A stretch of DNA of 40,318 nt from a virus (Duplodnaviria > Caudoviricetes). Position 1 is the first letter of the stretch, and every line of letters begins with the position of its first letter. The stretch lies in the IMG/VR virus record IMGVR_UViG_3300029169_000009, positions 1 to 40,318 of that record. One strand, written 5' to 3'. Below the pieces are notes generated by a model. That model did not search any database and was not told where the DNA came from. It saw nothing but the letters and a program-made list of their open reading frames with translations. Made by a program: the position numbers and the translations under genes. Below, piece by piece: positions 1-9,000 of the stretch.

Positions 1-17
1 GTTTCCCAGTCACGATC
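1..17 (+). other. Random-amplification primer tag (library artefact)
   Basis: GTTTCCCAGTCACGATC is the M13-derived 'Round A/B' random PCR primer tag; its exact reverse complement closes the window. Confidence 0.92.
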
Positions 18-113
18 GGAAGGGGTGATTAATTTGAAGGGGTACGACACTGTGCATGTGGTGCCAGAACAGTATTTTATTAAGGTGCAGTGAACTGGCG
101 AAGGAGAGTGGAG

Positions 114-1568
114 ATGATTCAAGTACAAAAAAGAGCTGGAGATGTTATCAAAAAGTTCGATTATGATTTCTACCCAGATAAGCCTAATCGAACTATACGG
201 GTGTATGTCCACAGTGACGGTGAAGTGTATTGGCCCATTGCGGACATGTATCAGATCTTTGGGAAAGTGATCGTTGCCAACCGCAAGACTCAGAATATCC
301 AGTTTTTGGATCAAGTGGAACCGGAGCGATGGGTTACGAATGACGGTGTACGAGAGATGCTAGTCAAGGCGGACCCTAAATATGGAAACGATGGTCGCAT
401 CTTCTTTTACATGATGTCGCTGAAGAACTACGACACGCCGATCGATGGCAATGAGCCGGATTTCTGTATGATGAATCATGATCTCCTCAGAGACTACTGT
501 GTAAAAATGGGAGTCATGACGTTGGATGAGGTGATCGGCAAGAGGGCGTCCCAATTGAAAGACGCGATGGATAAATACTTGGCTTCACTTGATGAAGAAG
601 AGGTCGAAGATGAGGATGGTGTCGATTTGGAAGACGAATTTGACGATGACGAAGTAGACGAAGAAGTGGACGATGTATGGGTCCAGAGATTGGAAATTAA
701 AGTATTCTATCCGAAAATCACGAAAGTTCAGCTTCGGGAATGGCTTAACAGGGGGTGGACGCGATGCAACAAGAGTTCGTATGGTGGAGTTCCGAAGACT
801 GAGTATCCGAAATCGGACATCGTAACTATTTTGAAAGCTTTGCGTAACCGTGAGAATCCGAAAGTGGTCAATCCACAATGCTGCGCGTTGATCAATCCGT
901 CGGAAACGTATGAAGTGTGCGAACGAAAGGTGCTGCTTCAGTGTGGGCCAGATAATTCAAATTGCGTTCATGTCATTAAATCGACGCAGTATACTGCATT
1001 ATGGAGAGTGCAGGATTTGGAGAAGATCGTAGGTAAGAATTTGACGTTAAACGATTTCGAGCCGGCGCAACGGAGATTGATTAAATTCAAGGACGAAGAC
1101 GAGTATACTTGCTGGATTACAAACGTCGGTCTTCTTTCCTTGGTTCGAGTCTCACCATCCGATATCCAGTACGCTCTCGCGGTGTTGATTGTGAGCGCGA
1201 AAGACAAAGAGTGCTCAATGCGGGATCTTGAAACGGTGGTCGACATGAAGGCGCCAGAGGCTGGTGATTCATCGAAAGTAATTTCAAATGTTGAAGCCGG
1301 CCAACTGCACAACGAAGGTGAAGGGAGGCTATTTTCGACAGAGCAACATGACGTCAAAAGTGATTCTGAATGGAGTGAGGATTTCAGATCCTCACTGGAA
1401 GAAATGTCAGCTCTTGAGGAGCTGCTAGGAAGGCGGAAAACACTGGTGCGTGAAATTACTGACATGTCAGAAGAACTGACAAGAAAAAAGGCGGAGTTCT
1501 TCGGCATTAAAAAACGGATGGATGAAGTCATTAGAAAAATGGCGAAAGATCAGGAGTGCGGGCGATGA
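114..1568 (+). CDS. Putative DNA-binding protein with two Bro-N-like repeats, an acidic linker and a C-terminal coiled coil
   Basis: IRVYVHSDGEVYWPIADMYQIFG...WVTNDGVREML and ALWRVQDLEKIVG...WITNVGLLSLV both resemble the Bro-N pattern (WFVAKDVCxxLG...INESGLYxLI). D/E tract present. ATG at 114 follows AGGAG/GGAG. Confidence 0.5.
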   Translation: MIQVQKRAGDVIKKFDYDFYPDKPNRTIRVYVHSDGEVYWPIADMYQIFGKVIVANRKTQNIQFLDQVEPERWVTNDGVREMLVKADPKYGNDGRIFFYMMSLKNYDTPIDGNEPDFCMMNHDLLRDYCVKMGVMTLDEVIGKRASQLKDAMDKYLASLDEEEVEDEDGVDLEDEFDDDEVDEEVDDVWVQRLEIKVFYPKITKVQLREWLNRGWTRCNKSSYGGVPKTEYPKSDIVTILKALRNRENPKVVNPQCCALINPSETYEVCERKVLLQCGPDNSNCVHVIKSTQYTALWRVQDLEKIVGKNLTLNDFEPAQRRLIKFKDEDEYTCWITNVGLLSLVRVSPSDIQYALAVLIVSAKDKECSMRDLETVVDMKAPEAGDSSKVISNVEAGQLHNEGEGRLFSTEQHDVKSDSEWSEDFRSSLEEMSALEELLGRRKTLVREITDMSEELTRKKAEFFGIKKRMDEVIRKMAKDQECGR

Positions 1569-1774
1569 AAAATAAAAAGAGTTTAGAGAGATCAGCCAAC
1601 GCTCGATTGAATCAAGCAATACGAACTGTTGATCAGTTGAAAGGTAAATTGGTAACCCTTAAAGAAAAAGGTGGACCTCAATCGTTGATGCCCGAGATTC
1701 GTCATGATCTCAGCATTATAACTCAGTGCGCCCACGAGTTTAACGCTTACGACAACGCACTGAAAACGGATTAG
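1565..1774 (+). CDS. Hypothetical protein
   Basis: ATGA overlap with the upstream stop; GGAG upstream. Confidence 0.6.
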   Translation: MKNKKSLERSANARLNQAIRTVDQLKGKLVTLKEKGGPQSLMPEIRHDLSIITQCAHEFNAYDNALKTD

Positions 1775-1788
1775 AGGAAGGAGGACAC

Positions 1789-1986
1789 ATGCCTGAAGAA
1801 CGATTTTTCATAAGTAGCGATAACGACGGTCATTGCTATATCGTTCCATTGCCGAAAGCAACTGAATGGCAAGAGTGGGTTGATCTGGATGACGATGATG
1901 AAAGGAAGTGGACAGCGCCCGAGTATGCAATGGGTGTGGATGATCCTAGCACTGTAACATTTACAAACCCAAAGTTCACAGTGTGA
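1789..1986 (+). CDS. Hypothetical phage protein
   Basis: Strong SD (AAGGAGG); DNDGHxYxVP motif; fits the gene tiling. Confidence 0.7.
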   Translation: MPEERFFISSDNDGHCYIVPLPKATEWQEWVDLDDDDERKWTAPEYAMGVDDPSTVTFTNPKFTV

Positions 1987-1995
1987 GGTGACATA

Positions 1996-2196
1996 GTGAA
2001 GATTAAAATCACAGCGACTGAAACCGTTCGGTATGACCAGGAAATTGAAGTAACTCCTCAACAGTATGAGGAGATTGTTGACGCTTGGGAAACTGGAGAC
2101 GGTGATCATATCTCGAATTACATCGACCGAACTCTGGTCGACGACAGCGACTCGTTCGAAGCCATCAACGTACAGGTGAAAAATGATGAAGTCTGA
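1996..2196 (+). CDS. Hypothetical acidic protein
   Basis: GAGGTG SD, GTG start, tiling. Confidence 0.65.
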   Translation: MKIKITATETVRYDQEIEVTPQQYEEIVDAWETGDGDHISNYIDRTLVDDSDSFEAINVQVKNDEV

Positions 2197-2461
2197 TTTA
2201 CCAAACAGGTGCGTTGTACGTCTTTCATACGAACAATTTATGGACAAGATCGCCAGAGGCCGGCGGTTTACGTTGGGAGCTGTAATGGGTCCGAAGATTT
2301 ATTTCGTGTCTGATTGTCATCAGTATACTTTGGTCGGAGAAACAAATGACCATGACGACACGATGTACACGGTTGGATTGAAGTACGATTACACCTCTAT
2401 TAACGAATTGGCAAACATTTACGTTGATGGACCGGAAAACAAAAGGTACTTGATGGTATGA
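2183..2461 (+). CDS. Hypothetical protein
   Basis: AGGTG SD; short overlaps with both neighbours. Confidence 0.6.
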   Translation: MMKSDLPNRCVVRLSYEQFMDKIARGRRFTLGAVMGPKIYFVSDCHQYTLVGETNDHDDTMYTVGLKYDYTSINELANIYVDGPENKRYLMV

Positions 2462-2667
2462 GTGGAGCAGATACTAAGGACAGAGATCGATCGGTGTACC
2501 GCGCTTTGCTTCACGCGTTTGAATCAGGACTCGTAGTTCGTACACAAAGCGGTGAACGGATCACATCAGTGGTGATTCATCGGAACGGGAACTTCTATGT
2601 GAATCTGGAGTCAGGTAGACAAGTGTCTACCTCTATGATGTTGCCATTGTCAGTATCAGAGGAATGA
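2458..2667 (+). CDS. Hypothetical protein
   Basis: ATGA coupling with the upstream gene. Confidence 0.6.
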   Translation: MSGADTKDRDRSVYRALLHAFESGLVVRTQSGERITSVVIHRNGNFYVNLESGRQVSTSMMLPLSVSEE

Positions 2668-2668
2668 A

Positions 2669-2887
2669 ATGCTTTTTGGGATGGTCGAAATTCCGAGAGG
2701 CACTCAAATAACCGGAATACCGCTGGGCCGTCGTTACAAAGTATCAATGCGACTCAATGAATTTGTTTTTGTGTACGTATACTACGGCAAGGGCGGTATC
2801 GAACAGTGGACATTGGAACGGTTGCCGAATGGAGTGTTTAAGATTGGGGAACTGGTTGCAGTAAACTACAGATGTGTTTCGAAGTAA
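2669..2887 (+). CDS. Hypothetical protein
   Basis: GAGGA SD; 1-nt gap after the upstream stop. Confidence 0.6.
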   Translation: MLFGMVEIPRGTQITGIPLGRRYKVSMRLNEFVFVYVYYGKGGIEQWTLERLPNGVFKIGELVAVNYRCVSK

Positions 2888-2904
2888 AAGAATAGGAGAG
2901 TGAT

Positions 2905-3117
2905 ATGGAAGAGAAAACAATATTTGAGTTTGTATCGGGGTTGATTCAACCGATGCACGAGAAGAGGGTGTTTTTCGACGGTACCCTCGTCGAAAAATTG
3001 TTGGTTTACCAGCACGGGTTTCGGCTCGGTTCAATGTATTACCCGTATGATCAATTTGGACCGGGTTGGACGCAAATCGATACCAGTGTGTTCAAAAGGG
3101 TAAAGGTTACGAAATGA
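2905..3117 (+). CDS. Hypothetical protein
   Basis: AGGAG SD, tiling. Confidence 0.6.
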   Translation: MEEKTIFEFVSGLIQPMHEKRVFFDGTLVEKLLVYQHGFRLGSMYYPYDQFGPGWTQIDTSVFKRVKVTK

Positions 3118-3722
3118 GTGACGGGCGCGACAGTGCGCAAGACACATGGGACCACATTACTCACGTTCAGAATAATATCGATCGGTTTTTGACTGATCTT
3201 CATCGGCGCGGTGTGAATCATGACCAGAGCAAGCTTCAAGATCCCGAAAAGGAAGCGTTTGACCGAGTAACACCTGAACTTCAAGGGTCGACGTACCAAT
3301 CCGAAGAATACAAGAGGAATCTTGCCGATATCGGAGCAGCTCTGGAGCATCACTACGAACACAATCGACATCATCCAGAACATTACGGATACATCGAATG
3401 CAATGGGTGTTTCAAGCGCTTCCAAAGGTTTTCTGGTTACGGTGATTATCCGGTTTATGGCAATTTCTGTGACGTGTGTGGCTATACGCAGTATACTCGG
3501 AGACCGGATATCTCCGGTATGGATTTATCTGATCTCGTTGAAATGCTGTGCGACTGGAAGGCGGCAACACTGAGGCACAGCGATGGTGACATCATGAAAA
3601 GCCTCGAGTTGAATATTCAGAGGTATGAGATCGACGAACAGCTCGCAACGGTTCTAAAAAACACAATCGTGAGAATGTTGGGGGAAGATGATGAAAGAAT
3701 GGAAACAGCGGCCGAGTCGTGA
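3114..3722 (+). CDS. DUF5662-like HD-superfamily metal-dependent phosphohydrolase with an inserted Zn-ribbon
   Basis: H...V, HDQSKL, HHYEHNRHHPEH and EMLCDWKAA motifs; CNGC...CDVC insert; ATGA-coupled start at 3114. Confidence 0.7.
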   Translation: MSDGRDSAQDTWDHITHVQNNIDRFLTDLHRRGVNHDQSKLQDPEKEAFDRVTPELQGSTYQSEEYKRNLADIGAALEHHYEHNRHHPEHYGYIECNGCFKRFQRFSGYGDYPVYGNFCDVCGYTQYTRRPDISGMDLSDLVEMLCDWKAATLRHSDGDIMKSLELNIQRYEIDEQLATVLKNTIVRMLGEDDERMETAAES

Positions 3723-3987
3723 TCCGGATCCTCCGGACGACGATTTCGCAAAGCTTTATACGGTCGATGGATATGGTCAAATACTTCTGACAGTAGAAGA
3801 GGATGGAGATGAAGTGTGGGGAGTGAAAACTACATGGCGACCAAAAGGGTATGGGCTATGTAGCATCTGGGCAAAATTCAATGGTGAAGATGGGTATGAT
3901 CGGGCGCTTCGCCATTTCAATTTACTGAATTGTGAAGATATCTGTAAAGTGCTCGACAAAGTATCGGAGGACTTATTGGGGTCATGA
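3688..3987 (+). CDS. Hypothetical protein
   Basis: Tiling ORF; ATGA coupling to the next gene. Confidence 0.55.
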   Translation: MMKEWKQRPSRDPDPPDDDFAKLYTVDGYGQILLTVEEDGDEVWGVKTTWRPKGYGLCSIWAKFNGEDGYDRALRHFNLLNCEDICKVLDKVSEDLLGS

Positions 3988-4265
3988 TATTGAGTTACTA
4001 TGTTCCGTTAAATTGTGTCGAAATCGATGTTAACGAAGGGGAAGCATCGAAGTGGGATTATCTGTTAAAAGTAATTGGCGACGAGACTTATATCACAGTG
4101 TATGGATCATACGTACAAGAAGATCCAAATATCTATATCGGCGCAATGAGTGTAAAAGAGGTTGCTGATCAATCTCGAGAGCATGACTTGGGCGGATTCG
4201 TTGTTGATCCATCGTACGATGGATACAAGTGTCTGATTGACACTGGTTTGCGAATGTACTTGTAG
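3984..4265 (+). CDS. Hypothetical protein
   Basis: ATGA coupling, tiling. Confidence 0.6.
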   Translation: MILSYYVPLNCVEIDVNEGEASKWDYLLKVIGDETYITVYGSYVQEDPNIYIGAMSVKEVADQSREHDLGGFVVDPSYDGYKCLIDTGLRMYL

Positions 4266-4286
4266 TGAACAAATTGAGAGGGCAAA

Positions 4287-4619
4287 ATGGCATCGAAAGT
4301 AAGTCAGGCGGCGTTATCAAAAGATAAAATGAATGGACGGCCGCATCTTTATCCGGGAGACATCGTAAGGATTCACGATGGTCAAGAAACAGTGGTGATT
4401 GTTGATGCTCAAATCACAATCAATGGCGCCAAATATTACTGGCATCGTAAGAAGTGGCCAGAAGCGAATGATCCGTCGGGTTGGTCGCCGTCGTACGCTA
4501 TTCAGCCGCTGCCGGGCGGGAAAGTGAACAAGGTGGCATGGTACAAGGCGCGAGAATTCGACAAAATCATCGCCTTTGGTCCATTGCATGACATGGTCGA
4601 ATTCGATGACGAAGACTGA
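4287..4619 (+). CDS. Hypothetical protein (possible SH3-like beta-barrel)
   Basis: GAGG SD; 'LYPGDIVRI' start typical of small KOW/SH3-like barrels. Confidence 0.6.
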   Translation: MASKVSQAALSKDKMNGRPHLYPGDIVRIHDGQETVVIVDAQITINGAKYYWHRKKWPEANDPSGWSPSYAIQPLPGGKVNKVAWYKAREFDKIIAFGPLHDMVEFDDED

Positions 4620-4884
4620 GACGTACAGGGTGATCGTCATTTATTCTGACGCATCTCGGCGACCGACGCTTTCGTTTGAGACAGAGCGGTCGCCAGAGAG
4701 TCGGTATAAGATGATCACTGAGATCACTAAAGCTGCGCCGTTCAAAGAAGACGCAATCGAATTATACATTGTGAACAAGGAAAACTGTATCGAGGTAAAC
4801 TGTGACAAATTCAGAAAAGACAAACCTGCTTCACAAGATGCTGAAGGTAGGGAGGGAACATCGGGTGATATCAATTGTCAGTAA
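4606..4884 (+). CDS. Hypothetical protein
   Basis: Tiling ORF; start uncertain. Confidence 0.5.
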   Translation: MTKTETYRVIVIYSDASRRPTLSFETERSPESRYKMITEITKAAPFKEDAIELYIVNKENCIEVNCDKFRKDKPASQDAEGREGTSGDINCQ

Positions 4885-5032
4885 AACCGGTCAGAAAGGG
4901 CGAATGATTAAGATGAATGTCCGGAGTGACACCGACTGGGATATCGTCATTGATGCGAGCGGAATCAACTTGACCTTGGCACCGGAGATGATTCAGAGAG
5001 CTGGTGTCGTTCACGAAAAGATGCCCGTTTGA
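4802..5032 (+). CDS. Hypothetical protein (start uncertain)
   Basis: Fills the gap to the next gene; overlaps the upstream ORF by ~80 nt if the full length is used. Confidence 0.35.
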   Translation: MTNSEKTNLLHKMLKVGREHRVISIVSKTGQKGRMIKMNVRSDTDWDIVIDASGINLTLAPEMIQRAGVVHEKMPV

Positions 5033-5238
5033 TGTGTTGCTTATTTGAACAGAGGGACGGTAAAATCCGTGGCTGGTGTATTCAGCCGACGGTTGAGTTA
5101 ATGGTGCTACGCGTACGAAGTATGGTGGGCGACAAATACGCAAAAATTGCTGATTTAATTTCCCGAAAGATTACTGAGTATCGAAAATCTGGCCAATATG
5201 ACCTTGGAAATGGATTCACACTGTTGGTGGACGCATGA
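5029..5238 (+). CDS. Hypothetical protein
   Basis: Tiling; ATGA coupling to the next gene. Confidence 0.45.
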   Translation: MMCCLFEQRDGKIRGWCIQPTVELMVLRVRSMVGDKYAKIADLISRKITEYRKSGQYDLGNGFTLLVDA

Positions 5239-5462
5239 TCAATTGGCATCACATAAACACAGCTCCAATGGACGTATATGTTGTTGTATCGTGCGATTCG
5301 GGATACACGACAGTGCCGTACACGTTGAGAATTGCAAAATACGACGGCGAAGATTGGAGAGACGAATGCAGCGACCTCTTAATTGAAGCTGGTCATAAAC
5401 CTATTTATTGGACACACTATAAAAGCGTTATATCTCATGGCGATCCCAAAGACTCTGAGTGA
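5235..5462 (+). CDS. DUF551-like small phage protein
   Basis: W..I.TAP N-terminus and ..YW C-terminus pattern of DUF551/Eaa-like proteins. Confidence 0.55.
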   Translation: MINWHHINTAPMDVYVVVSCDSGYTTVPYTLRIAKYDGEDWRDECSDLLIEAGHKPIYWTHYKSVISHGDPKDSE

Positions 5463-5652
5463 AGCCGGTGATGTTGTCGTATTGTTCGGCAACCATAAAG
5501 GTAAGTCGATGTTCGAAATACTCGACGAAGACCCGACATATATCCGTTGGATGATTAACCAAGAGTTCGTTAATTGGCCTACGGTTCGCGAAGCGGTCAA
5601 AATTTTTGCAGCGTCTTCATCGGTACAAGAAGAACTCAAAAAATTTGATTAA
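5437..5652 (+). CDS. Small FGKHKG-motif protein (DUF3820 / ExoX C-terminal-like)
   Basis: VLFGNHKGKSMFEILDEDPTYIRWM matches the FGKHKG...P.Y..W pattern. Confidence 0.6.
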   Translation: MAIPKTLSEAGDVVVLFGNHKGKSMFEILDEDPTYIRWMINQEFVNWPTVREAVKIFAASSSVQEELKKFD

Positions 5653-5729
5653 TTCGTCATTGTCAGTTTGATTATAATGTTTACAATGGTATATTAGTTT
5701 ACAATGTATAATTAAATTGAAGTGAAAAA
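5653..5729 (+). promoter_or_regulatory. AT-rich promoter region with sigma70-like elements and two GTTTACAATG direct repeats
   Basis: TTGTCA-16-TACAAT (5660-5687); TTGATT-16-TATATT with TGn extension (5668-5695); TATAAT at 5673 and 5707; GTTTACAATG at 5679 and 5697. Confidence 0.6.
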
Positions 5730-6056
5730 TTGATGGAAGTCATACATATAGGCGATACCGATCCTGTTTACATAGCTCTCGATCTTGTTGATCGTCAGTA
5801 TGTGTGTTCTCAGTGGTCCAACGGTGCCCATGTGATTATATGTGAATGCGGGAATATGTATTTTCAATACTTGGCACAAATGAAGTATAAAAACCGTGTC
5901 AAGATTCATTGGATTGGGTTCGCCAAGTTGCTCAATATCCTCCGTTCAGCTGATGAAAAGCCGCAAGGTATTGCGGTTGTCGTCGATTCGCAACATTCAG
6001 GATTTACGCTGAAATATTCTAAATTGAACATGATTCATTCATACGGAACCAATTAA
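5730..6056 (+). CDS. Hypothetical protein
   Basis: First ORF after the promoter region. Confidence 0.55.
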   Translation: MMEVIHIGDTDPVYIALDLVDRQYVCSQWSNGAHVIICECGNMYFQYLAQMKYKNRVKIHWIGFAKLLNILRSADEKPQGIAVVVDSQHSGFTLKYSKLNMIHSYGTN

Positions 6057-6350
6057 ATGAGTTCGGTAAACGATAAAGTTGACGCTTTCAGGGAACAGAT
6101 GTGGGTCAATTTGGATGACACTGAACATCGTATGACTTTCGAATTTCGAATTGATGATGTTCTGCTGACGATCGAACCTCGGCCGAAATACTGTGATAGG
6201 GGTCATTGGTATGCCAAAGTGGAGGGTATACCAGGAATTGACGAAGCAGATAAGTTTCCGAGATATTATATGGACTTGTCCGCCGCTATGGATGAAATGA
6301 AAAGCTGGCTATGCTGGCGCCTGTACAAGGTTGACATAGGACATTTGTGA
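6057..6350 (+). CDS. Hypothetical phage protein
   Basis: Abuts the upstream stop; RPKYCDRGHW motif. Confidence 0.65.
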   Translation: MSSVNDKVDAFREQMWVNLDDTEHRMTFEFRIDDVLLTIEPRPKYCDRGHWYAKVEGIPGIDEADKFPRYYMDLSAAMDEMKSWLCWRLYKVDIGHL

Positions 6351-6586
6351 TGCCTGGAAAAGATACGGTTCTCATCGACAGTGAAAGAAATTGCGTTCGC
6401 CCTAAGCAGTATGGTATATTCACTAAAAAAACGACTCCTGAGATGGCGAGACAAGGATTCACAGACAAATCGGTGATAATGGGATTCAAGGGCTCTATTC
6501 AGCTGTTCTTAGTTGTCGATCCTCAGAATCTTAAAATATTTGAAAGAGCCTTGGAAGCGGCCAAGAAGGAGATGTTCGGTGATTAA
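6347..6586 (+). CDS. Hypothetical protein
   Basis: GTGA coupling; AGGA SD. Confidence 0.55.
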   Translation: MMPGKDTVLIDSERNCVRPKQYGIFTKKTTPEMARQGFTDKSVIMGFKGSIQLFLVVDPQNLKIFERALEAAKKEMFGD

Positions 6587-6869
6587 GATTCTGCTGATCT
6601 GTTCGATGGTAACAGTGAACACTGTAAAAGCTACTGAGGATGATCCGGTGTTCTTCATTGAACAGAAGATTCTTGATCGTATTGAAGTGATTGAACGTGT
6701 CTTAGAAGGTGTTCGCATTGTTACAGATGGAACAAAGGAAATACGTTCGGGATGTGATCCTGACAGTGTGGAGTATTTCAGATATACGGTCGTCATTCAA
6801 GAAATGAATGTGATCGGCGACATGTACCAAAGAGAATTGGAGAAATTGCAGGGTTATGCTGGAGATTGA
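6579..6869 (+). CDS. Hypothetical protein with signal-peptide-like N-terminus
   Basis: GTG start after AGGAG; (M)IKILLICSMVTVNTVKA resembles a signal peptide ending V-K-A. Confidence 0.5.
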   Translation: MIKILLICSMVTVNTVKATEDDPVFFIEQKILDRIEVIERVLEGVRIVTDGTKEIRSGCDPDSVEYFRYTVVIQEMNVIGDMYQRELEKLQGYAGD

Positions 6870-7680
6870 TGGTAAATTCAAGGTCGGGGACGGTCAACCA
6901 TTGTGTGTTATTGCTGGTCCGTGCGTGATTGAGTCCGAAGATATCTGTTATAACGTAGCTTCGCATTTGGTCGACGTCTGTGGCAAAATGGGATTGAATT
7001 ACATTTTCAAAGCGTCATACGATAAGGCAAACCGCAGTTGCATGTCATCATTTCGAGGGCCGGGGAAAACTTCTGGTTTGAGAGTATTGGAAGCTGTCAA
7101 ATACAAATACGACTGTCCAGTGACCTCTGACGTTCATGAATATGATCAGCTGTACGAGGCTCAACAGGTTCTTGACATGATTCAGATACCTGCACTGCTT
7201 TCTCGGCAAACGGATTTACTTTGCGGCGCCGCAAAAATGGGCAAACCGGTGAATCTCAAAAAAGGACAATTTATGTCTCCGCATGACGTCTTCAACGCTC
7301 TTGGAAAATTGGAAGTGTCGCATTGTAAAGGAGCTATGATAACTGAACGAGGTACAACGTTTGGTTACAATAACCTTGTAGTCGACATGAGATCACTGGT
7401 AGAGCTTCAAAGGTATGACGCGGCCGTATGCTTTGACGCTACACACGCTGTTCAATACCCAGCGTCCAAAGGTATTTGTAGTGGTGGAGATGTAAAATAT
7501 ATCAGACCACTAGCCAAAGCTGCGTGTATGGTTGGTATTGACGCTATTTTTCTCGAGACTCATCCGGATCCGAAACATGCGAAATGCGACGGCGCCAATT
7601 CGATACCGTTGGATCAGATCGAAGAACTTCTACAAGAATTGTGTTTTGTACATGAATTGAGTAATCAGTTGAGGAAATGA
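6856..7680 (+). CDS. kdsA: 3-deoxy-D-manno-octulosonate 8-phosphate (Kdo8P) synthase, metal-dependent type
   Basis: IAGPCVIES, FKASYDKANRS, QIPALLSRQTDLL, NLKKGQF, TERGTTFGYNNLVVDM, DATHAVQ and ETHPDP..AKCDG are all diagnostic KdsA motifs. Confidence 0.95.
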   Translation: MLEIDGKFKVGDGQPLCVIAGPCVIESEDICYNVASHLVDVCGKMGLNYIFKASYDKANRSCMSSFRGPGKTSGLRVLEAVKYKYDCPVTSDVHEYDQLYEAQQVLDMIQIPALLSRQTDLLCGAAKMGKPVNLKKGQFMSPHDVFNALGKLEVSHCKGAMITERGTTFGYNNLVVDMRSLVELQRYDAAVCFDATHAVQYPASKGICSGGDVKYIRPLAKAACMVGIDAIFLETHPDPKHAKCDGANSIPLDQIEELLQELCFVHELSNQLRK

Positions 7681-7683
7681 CAA

Positions 7684-7914
7684 GTGGAAGCTACTGAAAA
7701 ACATCAGATCAAAGCAGGTGATGAGATTACTGTGGACGACTGTTACAAAGCAACGATAACAAAAATTTCAATGCTGCCGAGCGGTACCGTGAATCGAAAG
7801 GATGGAACGATTACGCATCAATATCGCGTGTATTACAAGTTCAAAGACGGTTCGCGTGGCAACAAGAATGTCTCGATTGAGGAAGATTCAGATATCGAAT
7901 TCGTCGTCAGCTGA
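7684..7914 (+). CDS. Hypothetical protein (possible SH3-like)
   Basis: GAGGA SD; 'IKAGDEITV' pattern. Confidence 0.55.
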   Translation: MEATEKHQIKAGDEITVDDCYKATITKISMLPSGTVNRKDGTITHQYRVYYKFKDGSRGNKNVSIEEDSDIEFVVS

Positions 7915-8210
7915 TGAATACCAAACCCTACAAGCGCATCTATTTACAATGGGAAGGCCACGCTGACGAGGTAACTTGGTGCCAAGACAAGATTAATGAC
8001 AGTGATCTTGAGTATTGTCGAGTCGTATGGCGAAAGAACAGCCAACCGCCAAAAGACGGAAAGCGGTATTTAGCTCGAACAGTTCATGGAAGTTATGTCG
8101 CATTGCGTTATTCTAAGATGGCCAAAGAGTACGTCAAAGATGTCGATGGTTTATCATACGGTTACGGAATTGTAAGCTGGTGTGAGATCTTTGACGAAAA
8201 CGGTAATTAG
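7914..8210 (+). CDS. Hypothetical phage protein with DUF551-like C-terminal half
   Basis: TGATG coupling; RIYLQ...VTWC.D N-part; W..PPKDG..YL...SW C-part. Confidence 0.55.
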   Translation: MNTKPYKRIYLQWEGHADEVTWCQDKINDSDLEYCRVVWRKNSQPPKDGKRYLARTVHGSYVALRYSKMAKEYVKDVDGLSYGYGIVSWCEIFDENGN

Positions 8211-8270
8211 CGTATCACAAAACGCTAATTTTGATACACAAATTACTTTGACATCAATAGAATAATCACA

Positions 8271-8738
8271 ATGATCAAGACTGCACACAATACTGTATAT
8301 GATGAAAATCCGCATGCTGAGTTTGTCGTTGCGGTAGATTTCGATGGAACATTGGTAAAATTTGAATATCCAGACATCGGTGAAGAGGTACCGCACGCTT
8401 TTGAATATCTTGATCGATTCGCAGCAGTTGGAATCAAAATCATACTGTGGACATGTCGAGGCAGTCAATCGAAACTACAAGAAGCAGTGCAGTACTTGTT
8501 CGAAAACGATGTCCCGCTGCACGGGATAAATGACAATAACGCTCAGAAGCTGTGGTCGGATTCAGCCAAAGCTCACGCTCATATTTACATCGACGATGCA
8601 GCTTTAGGATGTCCGCTAATTCACGGTTGCCACAGTCGACCGTATGTCGACTGGAATAGAGCCGGCCAATACGTGTTAGAAATGCATAAGCAATTTGTAC
8701 AATCAGGAGGTTGGGGTGGACAAGCACTTATCAGGTGA
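8271..8738 (+). CDS. Capless HAD-superfamily hydrolase/phosphatase
   Basis: Motif I VAVDFDGTLV, motif II ILWTCR, motif III/IV K...IYIDD. Confidence 0.85.
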   Translation: MIKTAHNTVYDENPHAEFVVAVDFDGTLVKFEYPDIGEEVPHAFEYLDRFAAVGIKIILWTCRGSQSKLQEAVQYLFENDVPLHGINDNNAQKLWSDSAKAHAHIYIDDAALGCPLIHGCHSRPYVDWNRAGQYVLEMHKQFVQSGGWGGQALIR

Positions 8739-8997
8739 CAGTGCAAAAGTGATAAATTTCACTATGGACGAAGCAGCATCCATGGCGGATTATAACGACT
8801 GTGATATTCAAGAATGCTGCGAGTGTGCTGATTGCTGTACGCAATTGAAAGTGGATGAAATGATCGGAGTCATATCTGATCCCGATGGAATGTTCGTCTA
8901 CTGCAACTTATGTATGGCGGACATGTTGGACATTGAAATTCAACAGACTGATGACTACGACAGTGAATTACATATTATGCGTGAGAAGTTGAGATAA
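8695..8997 (+). CDS. Cys-rich acidic hypothetical protein (start uncertain)
   Basis: CQECCECADCC...CNLC; tiling. Confidence 0.45.
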   Translation: MYNQEVGVDKHLSGDSAKVINFTMDEAASMADYNDCDIQECCECADCCTQLKVDEMIGVISDPDGMFVYCNLCMADMLDIEIQQTDDYDSELHIMREKLR

Positions 8998-9000
8998 AGT

